A DNA stretch of 64,000 nucleotides. Source: Tubiluchus corallicola. Its lineage: Eukaryota > Animalia > Priapulida. The DNA is taken from assembly GCA_030141605.1 (NCBI GenBank), contig JAQGDQ010000043.1:310001-374000 (forward strand). The letters run 5' to 3'. Below are positions 42,501 to 54,010 of the stretch, one piece after another (position 1 is the stretch's first letter; each line of letters starts with the position of its first letter). The notes beneath the pieces are model-generated. The model had not been told where the DNA came from, searched no databases, and saw nothing but the letters and a program-made list of their open reading frames with translations. The position numbers were made by a program, and so were the translations under genes.

Positions 42501-44859
42501 CAAAGTGTTCACAGTCAACTAAGAGAATACACAGGTGGTTTCATAAATCATGCAGCGATTCAAAAAACTGCCTTAGATGAATTGCTGATTGATTTAACAA
42601 ATATTGATGGAAGTATTAGCAATCTCTCTTTGATAATTCATCAGAATTTCCAAAAAATGCCGGAATATCATGAATTGTTAAGTGCACAAACTAAAGCTCT
42701 CAAAACAGTCTTTATTGGTACAACAGATGATCAAACAGAGACAATCACATCTCATTTAGTGAACACAATTGGCACGAAGCTTGGTCAATTGCAAGTAGAA
42801 ATAAACTTAACGACAACAGATATGGTACAGTCTTTAGACGACGCCTTGGCATTATCGACTGCTGCGATACGTGATGAAGTAAAGTCTGGAACTGCTGTCA
42901 TAGACAGTTGTTGCCAAAGTACAAAACACTCGATGTTGTCATTATCTGAACAAGTTGCTCACTTGACTAAAGCAAAAGCTGCCGAAAATTATACAATTTG
43001 CCAGCAATTTGATAACACTGTTTTAGACGAAATGCTGAAAAATACTAGCCTTATGTTACGAGAGAAGTCCAATTCCGAAGTAAATAATTTAATGCAGATG
43101 CTCTCACAAATGCAATCAGAACTTGATAGAAATTTGAAGCAATTACTGGAAAAAGAAAACCTTTTAGCAACTAGTGCAGACGTAGAATTGCTCAGCCATT
43201 CAATGATAAGCAATTATGTCGAATTTAAAGATGATATTAACAAGATTAGCAGTATGATCAACGAAAAAGCAGCTAATGACATAACAGTGGGCAGCCACAT
43301 CTACAATATTACAACAGTAACTGATAAACTGGAAGACACTAGCAGAAGTGTAAAATCATCATTAGAGCACATGACTGCAACTGTAAATAACAACAATGAT
43401 ATTATTGTTAACATGCATGAGACTCTGAAACATTTACAGTCAAGAGAGGGTAAGACAAAGGAAGGCATTGTCGCCTCGTCATTGAATGCTATTAAGGATG
43501 AACTTACTGAATTGAAAAACAAACACCCGATTCCACAGAAAATATTGACAACCTCTGACTGCAGCACAAACATGACTGCACTGGAAGCGGTTCTTGCTAA
43601 TCAGTTGGCTGAGAAACTACAACAGAGAACTGATGAGCAGTCAACTGAAGAATGTGTTGGAATGGTGCCCTATGTGAAAGAAGCTATTGGACTAATGAAA
43701 GATGATCACAAAAAAGTCCAGAAAAAACAGAAGGAGTTGGCGGATCAACTAAGCTTCAACAGCAGGCAGCTTCTAAGTCTTAAAGAAGAGACAATGGCAA
43801 TTCTTGATGAAATGGCTGACCAGGTAAATATGAACATGACTGATATTCAAATGGATGTGAACGATGTTAACAAAACTGTGAATGCCCTGAAAGATAACTT
43901 CTCAGTACATTCTATCGACCACGAAAGTATGTCTACTGAAGGAGATAAAAAATTGTCAACTGATCTAGAGCAGATGAAGAATCAACTTTCATCAGTGAAA
44001 CAAGTACAAAATAAACACCATAACGAATATGTGAATTTGCGTAATATTATGATGAAGGTAAGATCCAATTTTCAAGCACACGTCAAAAAAGCTGGCAATA
44101 TACCCGAAGAACTTGCTACATTTAAAAAGAAAATGCACACGTTTGAGGAAACAAAGACACATATAGACAGTGAAATGGAAAAAATTCAGCTCGATGCTAC
44201 GTATAATAGAAATGGCATCAACGAACAAAAAAGCATATTGGGGCGTTTAGACAACGAGATTAGTAATGTTGTGGAAAATGCAGAAAAAGTTAGCAGTAAA
44301 ATGAATGTACTGGAAAAAGAAATAAGCAACATTAATACAGATGTGAAAAATCTTGAAATATCGCAGTCAACACAAAATGATGACTTAGAATTACTGAAAA
44401 ATTCGGGAGAACAGCAAGAAAAAGTTTTGCGTAGCTTGCATAATGCCACTACTGTAAATGCAGAAATGATTCTTGGGTTAATTAAAACTGTCAAAGGAAA
44501 AGCGAGAAGTGAAAAGAAGCCTGACTCTCTCACTGATGATCTTAAAATGATCAACGAAAACATGAAGAAGCGTTACTCCCGTATGGATATCAGATTAAAG
44601 AACATCACAAAATCTCTGTCCAAGGAAGACAAACGAAATCGCATGGGATTTGTAAAGTTGAAGAAGAAGTTCAACAAGTACAGTAAGACTAATCAAAAAC
44701 AGTTCAATACTATCCAGAAGCGCCTCAGCAACCTGGAGTTAGTACCAAAGACAAACAACTTAAATAAGGTGCTCACCAAGCACGATCAAGATATAAAGGA
44801 GATCAAAAGCAACATGAGGCAGATTAACAGGACATTTACAACTTACATAACTAAGCGAG
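33597..44859 (+). CDS. Giant coding exon of a secreted coiled-coil/C1q-domain protein (multimerin/EMILIN-like architecture, ~3890 aa spliced)
   Basis: 11.3-kb uninterrupted ORF; acceptor tgttttttag| at 33570; signal peptide MEKAVVIITLVYWIQSETLG/QQ; heptad-like L/I/V pattern with very few Pro throughout; donor CGAG|gtacgt at 44860 (phase 1), just before the ORF stop. Confidence 0.93.
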
Positions 44860-44989
44860 GTACGTAATTCTAACTTTATGATTATTGTTACTAAGGTGCA
44901 AAGTTCAAATACATCGTTTTTTGCCATTTCGGTGCCAGACGAGATGTTTGGCATTCAAAACAAGGATTTTTTGTGTGTAACCAGGCGAG

Positions 44990-45190
44990 ATGACTTGCCA
45001 AGAATAATCTAAATTGCCTTGACGAATCCCTTTAACAGGCTGAACTAATGGGGTTGTGTAAGCTCCAGGACGAATTAAGGTTGCCACATTTCCATTCATA
45101 ACACAGTTGTAGGCTACTCGTGTAGGTTATAACTATCATGGCTATAGTAAACAGAGCTGGAAATGCCTTCACCAAGTATGACCCATCACA
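44990..45190 (-). mobile_element. Possible ancient LINE reverse-transcriptase fragment in the intron
   Basis: Minus strand has YLVKAFPAL (cf. DL.KAFD) and, ~48 codons on in another frame, PVKGIRQG (cf. GVRQG), at RT-like spacing. Very decayed. Confidence 0.3.
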
Positions 45191-45548
45191 CACTTGACCG
45201 ACGGATACCCACACAATCCGACATCCAATAACCCATCAGTGATAAAATGACCCACGTCTTAAAATAATGAACTTCAAATGTTTTTTTAGAAATTAATTAA
45301 TTTAATTTTTGCCTGGGTCTGGTTTCAGTCCAACCTTAATGTGACTTACCGAAAAACTTTGGCCAAGTGACCCTATGACCCTAGGGCCCATTTGAAGCTT
45401 AGCAGTAAATTGCTCAGTTTGTTGCAAAAGATAATTGTATCCATTTGAAAACATAAACTGTGCTTCTCGTAGAAATGTTTTGGTCTTACTGAGCTGTAAA
45501 ATTTGAACAGTTGACAATTTTTATGTTTTGATTTTTGTTGTTTTTTAG

Positions 45549-45958
45549 ATTTCTCGCCAATTCATTTCTCTGCTCGAGTTGGACATGACCAAGTAGTTGC
45601 CATGAGTGGTACAGTGACTTTTGACATTGTTTTAGACAATGTAGGCAACGGATTCAACGTGAAAAATGGACGTTTCGTAGCACCTGTGGACGGAATTTAC
45701 AGTTTTGACGTCACGGTTGTTTCAGATTATTATGAACGTGTCTTCGCTGTTCTTGTAGTGGGCAAGGAGGAAAAGATGTACTTGAATGCTGGTGGACATA
45801 ACGTCCGTGCATCTGGCAGCAATGCTGTCATTGTGACAATGCGCGCTGGTGAAGAGGCATTTGTTAGAATAAAACGGACGCCTTTCCCCAAAAGAAAATC
45901 CAGATATATTCCCAAACTTTTTACGACTTTTACTGGATTTTTGTTGGGAAGAAGCTGA
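45549..45958 (+). CDS. Terminal exon: globular C1q (gC1q) domain of the giant protein
   Basis: Long polypyrimidine tract + ag| at 45548; the phase-1 join gives KR-D-FSPIHFSARV..., in frame with ORF 45602-45958. C1q signature: FSA...VTFD.V..NVGNGFN..NGRFVAPVDGIYSF...SGSNAVIVTMRAGEEAFV...FTTFTGFLL. AATAAA at ~46368. Confidence 0.93.
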
Positions 45959-48114
45959 AAAATGCCTGTTAAAATGCGTTAATACAAAAGTCTTCTGCGC
46001 TTCAATCAGGAACGACCGCCTGCCACTGAGAAAAAAACGCGGTAAAATGCGTGCTCTATGTAGACCTTTGCGCACGCAGCAAAAATGCACTTCCCAAAAT
46101 TCCAAACAAAAGTTAAGAAAGAATTACCACCATGAGACCATAGAACTCAACGGCTGGGAAGTTTGACCAGTGAAAGTTCAATTTTTGTTGAAGAATACTG
46201 TATATTATTATTGTTATTATTGTAAATAATTAAAATGGTAATTCAGAAATTAGTATTTTAAGAATGAGTGTTTATGTGAAACCACAAATTGTTGATAGAA
46301 TGTGAATGATGACTTGAGCAGGACTTTATAGAGTTATTATTATGGGCCAGTTTTGTGAAAAAATGTGAATAAACGATATTTTAATACCACATGCGATATT
46401 GAGTTATCAGCCTTATCTCTTGAGTAATGCAAACTATACAATAAGCTGGTAGTTTAGCCTTTATTTTTTCAATGGGTTCGAATTTGATGTTTCAGTAAGA
46501 GGCCCGTTGATCCTGCAACAAATTATAAAAGTGCGTACGAGCAAAAGAGAAATTTGATCGCAGCAAGAAATACAATATGGATATAGTAATTGTTTATTAG
46601 CAAGGAATTGAAAGTTGAAAAATGCAAATGCTTCAGTGATTCGTTCTGTGGTTTATATATGTGTAAGAAAATTAATGGAACATATGATCTAACCGTGGAC
46701 AAATTAAGAGATCGTACAGAGATTTATTACGGACCGTCCAGTTACTCCAGTGATCAATGATGGTTGCATGAATCATCATACTACAATCGTACATACGTCA
46801 GACCTCAATACTCCACATGTGATGGTTACGAATCAGATGTGTCTACACAGTATGATCAGTACAATTATAAATTTTACTAGTATTTCGCAAACTATTCATA
46901 AGTTAGCATAATTTTTGTTTTTAAATACCTCTTAATAATTCACTATGATGAGTGGATATATAATGTAAATAACATTATTTTTAACTGTTTTCGTTTTCAG
47001 TTGTTATGCGACGAATTAACAGTTCTCTTAGTATTTGTCACTGGAATATAAATGGCCTGTTTATTAAAATTAACAATGACAGGCTCAGTAAATTTTATTT
47101 TCCAGATTTCACTAGCGATTTGACAAAACATAATATTATATGTTTGTCTGAAACTCATTGCAATAAAATGACTTTATTCATCTAAATAATTACTATACTT
47201 TTCAAAACAAAAGGCCTAAATATAGTAAAAAAAATTGGTGGTTTAGCAGTATTAATTAGGAAAGAAATTAGATCAGGTATAAAATTTGAGCCTACTATTT
47301 CAACTGAATATTAGTGGTTTTAACTATGCAAACAAAATTTTAAAACTAGTGAAGATATTTATATATGTCAGGTGTACGTACCACCAGGAATGTCGTCGTA
47401 TTCTCTTCGTACTATGATTGATTTTTACTCGTTACTAGAAAAAGAAATCGTAGGATATTCGAAGCTTGGTAAAAATTTTCTCTCGAATCGGATCACAAAA
47501 AGATTACATAGTAGACGATAGTTCTAAATATATACCGTTACCTAAGTCCTACAGATGCGACAGTAATTTAGGGCCACGTAATAACTATGATAAACACACA
47601 ATCTGCGGATACGGAAAAAAGCAGATAAATTTGTGCGTATTAGCAGGACTGCGAATATTAAATGGCCGCACAGTCGGCGATCTTTCCGGAAATTTTACTT
47701 GCTTCAAATATCAAGGTAAAAGTGTGGTAAATTACATGATATTTGATGACAAAACGATAGATCTTATTGATTATATGTATGTTAACAACTTCACTACATT
47801 TTCAGACCACTGTAAATTCTCAGCGTTGCTTAATGTATGTAAACCCGTTGCTAACTTTTTATGATTTTAAACGTAGTCTCGTATGTGAACATGCTGTTAT
47901 TTATAAAATGTTGCCATCTTTTAGCCAGGCCTTAGCAAATGCTCTAGCTGCACATTCTAATCTTAAACAACATCTTATTAAATGCGGACCTAATGAAGTC
48001 GAAAATAACTTTTTATGACTATATATATAACTAAAATGATATTTTCCGTAGTGTAGCTAAGAACACATTACCACCGAAACGAGCTTTTCACAATATAACA
48101 GCAAAACATAAATC

Positions 48115-48394
48115 ATGGTATGACAAAGAATGCCAAACTAGTTACAGAACTCTCTCTCAACTGGCTAGAGCTCTTTCAAATGATCCAAAAAATTACGCTA
48201 TTCACTCTACGTCTCATAAACTAAGAAAAACGCATAAAAAGCGTTTGAAGAAAAATGGTATGACAAAGAATGCCAAACTAGTTACAGAACTCTCTCTCAA
48301 CTGGCTAGAGCTCTTTCAAATGATCCAAAAAATTACGCTATTCACTCTACGTCTCATAAACTAAGAAAAACGCATAAAAAGCGTTTGAAGAAAA
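48115..48394. repeat. Exact 140-bp tandem duplication inside the LINE
   Basis: 48115-48254 and 48255-48394 read identically (atggtatgacaaagaatgcc...gcgtttgaagaaaa). Confidence 0.95.
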
Positions 48395-50419
48395 GCAACC
48401 TAGAAATAAACTTTTATCTATTCTGGAAAACACTAGTCACGACGACCCAAAAATGTCATGGGAGACTTTAGAAAACATTGACGGAACTCCAGGCAATTCA
48501 AATTCTATTACCAATGTGACAAAATTTCATAAATATTTCAAGGAGCTGATGACTAAAAATGAAAAGTATCAATTATTTCAAAACACTTCGCATGTTAGAA
48601 ATATTGAAAATTATGTAAAAGAGATTAATCCAGCATCCTTTACTAAATTAGACTATCGTATTTCCGAAAATGAAGTCCAAGAAGCAATAATTTCTTTAAA
48701 AATTAATAAGGCGCCAGGCAAAGATGGAATAATAAACGAAATGATCAAAAGTGAAATTACAGTATTAACACTAACACCAACATTATATTTTAATTCAGTT
48801 TATTCACTCGGAAAATTTCCAAAAGCCTAGGCTAATTGTCTAATCACACCTATATTAAAGAAAGGAGACCCAACAGATCCCTCAAACCATAGAGGTATCT
48901 CTATTAGTAGTAATCTCGGTAAAGTATTTTGTACATAAAAGACTGGAAAATGACCTAATCGAACGTAACATAATTAAGAAAGAACAAATTGTGTTTAGGA
49001 AAAGAACAAATTATATACTTACCTTGAAAACTGTAGTTGATAAATATATTAATCAAGCACGACGAAAATACATATATGCATGCTTCATTGACCTTAAAAA
49101 ATCTTTGATACTATTTACAGACCTTTTTCATTTTACAAATTACTAAAATATGACTTTGGCACTAAATTTTACAACATAATAAAAAGCATGTACGCTTCCA
49201 TAGATGCGCAACTTAAAATCTCAAATAATAATTTATCTGATTCTTTTCCAGTAAATGTCGGCGTTAAACAGGGATACGTATTAAGTCCAATTTTATTTAA
49301 TTTGTTTATAAATGACATCACAACAATTTCTAATGATAAATGCGACCCGCCCATATTAAACAAAAACTACTTGCAATTACTAATGTACATTGTGGTCTTA
49401 TCTACTTCTCAGAAAGGTTTGCAGAATAGTTTTTAAGAATAACTTAAAACAACACTGTGATGACTGTCTGCTAAATATTAACCTAGAAAAAACAAAAGTA
49501 ATTATTTTCAACAAAGGCGGTCACAGAATATCCAAGCAAAGCTTTACTATAGGCCAGGAAAGTTTTGAAATTGTTCAAAATTATACTTATTTGGGGACAA
49601 ACTTTAATGCAAGCGGGTTATTTATCAAGACGAATTATGCAACAAAGCAAGAAAAGCTTTTTTCAAATTCAAGCAAAAATTCTGGGAGGATAAAGTAAGC
49701 TATAAAATATTAACGCACTTATTTGATAGTTTAATAAAACCAATCGCATTTTATGGTTCAGAATGTTGGTCCCCTTTCTCGTTTAATGGTAGGAAAATAT
49801 CAAAAAAATAATGAAATTACAGTTGAAAATATATACGATGATTTACCCATGCAATTACTTAACGTAAAGTTATGTAAGTTCGCTCTTGGCGTTAATAAAT
49901 TTTCCGTTAAGCATGCAGTCAGGGGAGAGCTGGGTCGTTTCCCTCAATACGTAGACGTTATAATTAGGAAAATAAAATACTGGCTTAAAATACTGAACGC
50001 TCCACAAAATACATTGATATACCAAACCTACGAAGAAAATAAAATTCTTCTTAACCAAAATACGGGATGTAGGTTACAATTTGTAAGAAACATTTTACGT
50101 CATTTGGGCTTTTCTCATATTTGGGAACAGCAGGGGTCGATCAAACCAAATCTTTTCTACATGCTTTAAAGGAGAAACTACAAACAAATTATTAAATTTA
50201 CTGGAAGGCATGTGTTACAAAAGAAACCGGCAAAACAGCGAAACTAATAAACTACGAAACTATACAAAATTTAAGCAAGAATTTGAAGCCGAAAAGTATC
50301 TTCTTTTTATACATAATCATGTACTAAGATCGAACTTTACTAAACTGTGTAGCAGTTCTCACAACTTGTATATAGAAAACGGCCGACATTGCATACCCAA
50401 AATACCTGTTAACAATCGA

Positions 50420-50491
<72 letters not shown>

Positions 50492-50492
50492 C

Positions 50493-50570
<78 letters not shown>

Positions 50571-50591
50571 CATCATCATCATCATCATTAT
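50420..50591. repeat. (ATT)n/(ATC)n microsatellite
   Basis: Directly visible. Confidence 0.98.
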
Positions 50592-50720
50592 TGTGTTGAC
50601 GATTATACCCCATGTGCGAGGTTTTGTTTGTGTAGTTTTTTCTTCATTGTAATGTAATGTTTTGTAATTGTAATCGTAATTGTAATTGTATGGCTTGTAA
50701 ATCGTCAATAAAAAATATAT

Positions 50721-52150
50721 ATTTTAAAGACAATTATTGATAAATACCTCTCTGCAAACAATAAGTTACGTGCTTGCTTTGTTGATTTTAAGAAAGTGCT
50801 TGATTCGGTGGATAGGACTTATTTGTTGTATAAACTTATTTACCTTGGCTTGAAAGGTAGAACATTGCGAATAATTGCCCGAATACACAAATGTACAGTT
50901 AATTGTGTAAAAACGGATACGGGTTTCTCCGAGAGTTTTCTAGTAAACCAAGTAGTTTTGCAAGGGTGTACATTTTCACCAATTTTATTTTGTCTGTACT
51001 TGAGCGATCTAGAAGAGCATTAAAATATAAACGATGCAGATTGAGTTACTCTAGTTTATACAGTTACTTGCTTGCTTATGTTTGCATACGATTTAGTGTT
51101 ATTAAGTCTATCTAAGGAAGGTTTACAAACACAATTGAATCTTTTAAATACGTACTGTAAAAAATGGAGATTAACTGTTAATGCTAGCAAAACTAAGATT
51201 TCAATTTTTGAGAAATGAAACACTGTAACATAGAAAATATGCCTTTTTGTTGCGATAATAATTGGTTAGAACATTGTTCAGAATATAAATGTTTGGGTGT
51301 TTATTTTTACCAAAACTGGATATTTTAACCACTTATTACAACAGGGAAACAAAGCTAAATTTTGTTTGTATAGTAAAGCGGAAACTTTTGGTTTCTTTGA
51401 TGTAAATCTGGCCATCTCTCTGTTTAATATTTATTTTAATATTTGGAATATAGTTGCGAGGTTTGGGGTACACGGCATTTTGAAAATTTGGAAAGAACGT
51501 GTTTAAGTTATTATGAAGTAATTTTGGGCGTTAAAATGCAAACACCAACACCTGCTGTATTGGGGAATTAGGCGTGTATCTAGTCAGTTTGGAAATTCAA
51601 ATGCTGGTGGTATTGGCTGAGGCTAGTCTCACTACCTGAAAGTAACCTGTGCAAAGAGCCATTTGATGTACAAAAAATTGAATTTGACATGATATGTTTA
51701 ACTCAGAAGTATTTTACATCAAATTAATAGGGTTTTTTTGTTGAAATATAACATAACACCGCTTTATTTTAATACTGTATATCTTTCAGAAATGAGACTG
51801 CAAGTAAATTATGTTTTATCATGGAGAGAGTCTTTAAACTCTATGAGCAAATTATCTTTTTATAGATTATTTAAAAAGAATTTTGAAGTGGAAATTTATT
51901 TAGAAAATGTTAAGAATATTAAAGACAGTAAGGCTTTGACAAAATTTAGAACTAGGGCTCATCGTTTGGAGGTTGAAACTGGTAGATACGTAAGGCCACC
52001 TGTTCCACGTGAAATTCGAGTTTGTAGTGTCTGCAATGTTGTTGAAGATGAATGCCACTTTTTTTACTATACTGCTCAATACATAACGTTGCACGTAACT
52101 TTATGTTGAACACCGTTTCTCAGGATGTTCCTACTTTTAATGTTTTACCT
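50721..52150 (+). mobile_element. Second, 5'-truncated degenerate RTE-X-like LINE
   Basis: ILKTIIDKYL...RACFVDFKKVLDSVDR, VLQGCTFSPILFCLYLSDL, LLMFAYDLVLLS (FADD equivalent), KLSFYRLFK..FEVEIYL, LTKFRTRAHRLEVETGRY.RP.VPRE.RVCSVCNVVEDECHFF (C-terminal Cys motif); A-run at ~52137-52147. Confidence 0.9.
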
Positions 52151-52399
52151 AAAAATGAAAAAAAAAACCCAAACTGTGATGATTCGATCCATTACGAAGC
52201 CTTTGCATATTACGATCCATTATGAAGCATTGCAGTTTTTACCATCATAGCACCTGTTCCTTAAACACAACTAGCATGAGGTACTCAGGACAAGCTTACT
52301 AGCGAATTATTTCTACAAATCTGTCTGTCTCTGTAAAGGTTTTCATCATACTGACATTGACCACTTGGTATCTGAAACGTGAAGGAACAAACCGACTAG

Positions 52400-52520
52400 G
52401 GAGCGACCAATCAGGCCCCTGACGTCGGGGACCCGGCATCGTTGTAATATTAATCTACTTGCATAATTAAATTAATAATTTCATGTATGTGGCGCCATCT
52501 GCGGCATAAATATAAACTAG
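52400..52520 (+). promoter_or_regulatory. Possible promoter-like motif cluster
   Basis: CCAATCA (~52407), CRE-like TGACGTC (~52420), GGCGCCATCT (52491) and ATAAATATAAA (~52507) within 120 bp, upstream of the cadherin. Motif match only. Confidence 0.2.
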
Positions 52521-53569
52521 ATACTCCAAGCCAGGCGCTGCAAACAGTCAAATTCTTTACAATAGGCTATTGAGTAGTATTAACTTCTGTTGAAAAGTTC
52601 CTGCCACTACTTGCAGTATGTAAACATTCGGTTATTTAAATTTTGTAAGCTGTTATATTTAGCTAGTTCAGTATACCATTTTCCACCATCATTTGCAACT
52701 GCAGTTGCAGTTAGCTACACCATTCTAGTAGCTGACCCAACACTATACTTGAAATAATTACAAAAATTAAGCTCGATGTAACTTCACAAGAAAGTTTTGC
52801 TAGACAAGCTCGACCTCGCATTTTCTAAAAATTCATCTCGTAGACAAGAGAGTCCATTTATTTTAGCACGCTAGTAGCATAAAATTGCTTTTTGTTACAA
52901 CTATAAGAAATACATACATTCCAGTCATTGGATTTTTTGTTCAAAAGTAGGAATTACACTCACAAAAACGAATTTACACAGTAGCACACAAACAGAACGT
53001 AATCTAACAAGCACTATATAAAACAGAAAGGGTATATTAGTCTGAAGAACTGGTGCAGTATGGATTAAAAAGTACAGAATTAAAACCAAACTTCATGATT
53101 AAATAATCCAATATTATAAAAAAAGTTGCATATTGTCTCAAATTGTTGAAATACCATTACAGTAAAATCATGTTTAAAAACATTTACCGGACAGAAAAAG
53201 TTGGATCTGCCCACGCAGGTTCGTTTTTGAATTTAAAAAATACTAATAAAATATGACACGATAGCTAATTTGTCTTTAAACTTCATGTGGCTCAGGTGTG
53301 ATGCTAAAACTTTGTCGAAACGTTTCATCCTCTTTTGATTGGTTTTCGAAATGAACCAGCGACTCCCAATCTCGATTTCAAAATATTGCACTTATGTCTT
53401 TGTATTTACCTGTCTTCACCACCTTAAGCTAGGTGTACAACTGAAAGAATCCAATTCTTGCAGACGAGCTGGACTTTGTTCAGGTATGATACGTTCATCC
53501 AATGAATCATACGTCCAGGGACGTGATTCTGCTCATCTCCCTATGCCAGGACTCCCTATTCGCTGCAAT

Positions 53570-54010
53570 GCCCTCTAGGGATCTGTGCTGAAGTGTTTAA
53601 ATCTTTCTGTACAAAATCTAAATATGCTAACATTTTTCCTTCTGCAGGTTTTTTGCTGGTTCTATGGCTTGTTGAAGATCTTCACTAGATTATCATCAGG
53701 TAGTCTAAGTATATACCAAATTCATCTTAAACAGCGTCTTTTTACTTTACTTGTCCAAGGTTCTTCTTTTATTTTTTTCATATTGATCTTTATTTCAGAT
53801 TTTCTATGGTCATCTGAAACCGAAAATGTTTCTGTAATTTCGCCTTTGAAACGCATCGATTTCAGCTTTATGATTTGTTTTTAATGTGCAGAGCTCAGAG
53901 TTGTACTAAGCCCGAGAATATTCTAATTTTTGTTTCCAAAGAAATGTTGCTATTCTCAAAAAACTTAATCGTTTTTAACAAAGGAATGATTGATTTTTAG
54001 CAACACTGAG
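53570..54010 (-). mobile_element. RTE-clade LINE C-terminal fragment
   Basis: Minus strand: KIDAFQRRN, R*P*KI*NKDQY (cf. RWP.KISN.DLY), PWTSKVKRRCLR*IWYILRLPDDN (cf. RRL.W.GH..RLP). Boundaries approximate. Confidence 0.65.

Larger units (their letters stand above)
47024..50720 (+). mobile_element. Degenerate near-full-length LINE ORF2 (APE endonuclease + RT), RTE-X-like
   Basis: In order across frameshifts and stops: SICHWNINGL, IICLSETH, GGLAVLIRK, VYVPP, GLRILNGR...FTC...SVVNY...SDHC, KAPGKDGI.NEMIK, PILKKGDP.DPSNHRGIS, YACFIDLKK, GVKQG.VLSP.LFNLFINDI, AVRGELGRFP, KLRNY.KFK..F..EKYL, SSHNLYIENGR; then (ATT)n and a UTR ending in AATAAA at ~50708. Confidence 0.93.

Noticed and set aside
36299-44563. 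Many antisense ORFs (up to 197 aa) inside the giant exon
   Set aside because: Expected shadow ORFs opposite a long coding frame; S/F/L/I-rich and featureless.
33597-44867. Reading the giant ORF as myosin/paramyosin, golgin, SMC, apolipophorin or a bacterial/phage tape-measure or adhesin gene (contamination/HGT)
   Set aside because: It has a signal peptide, abundant sequons, spliceosomal intron boundaries and an in-phase C1q exon; no motor, ATPase or anchor domain. Generic coiled-coil BLAST hits would be compositional.
46500-47020. Possible ORF1 of the LINE
   Set aside because: No recognisable esterase, RRM or zinc-knuckle motif could be read.
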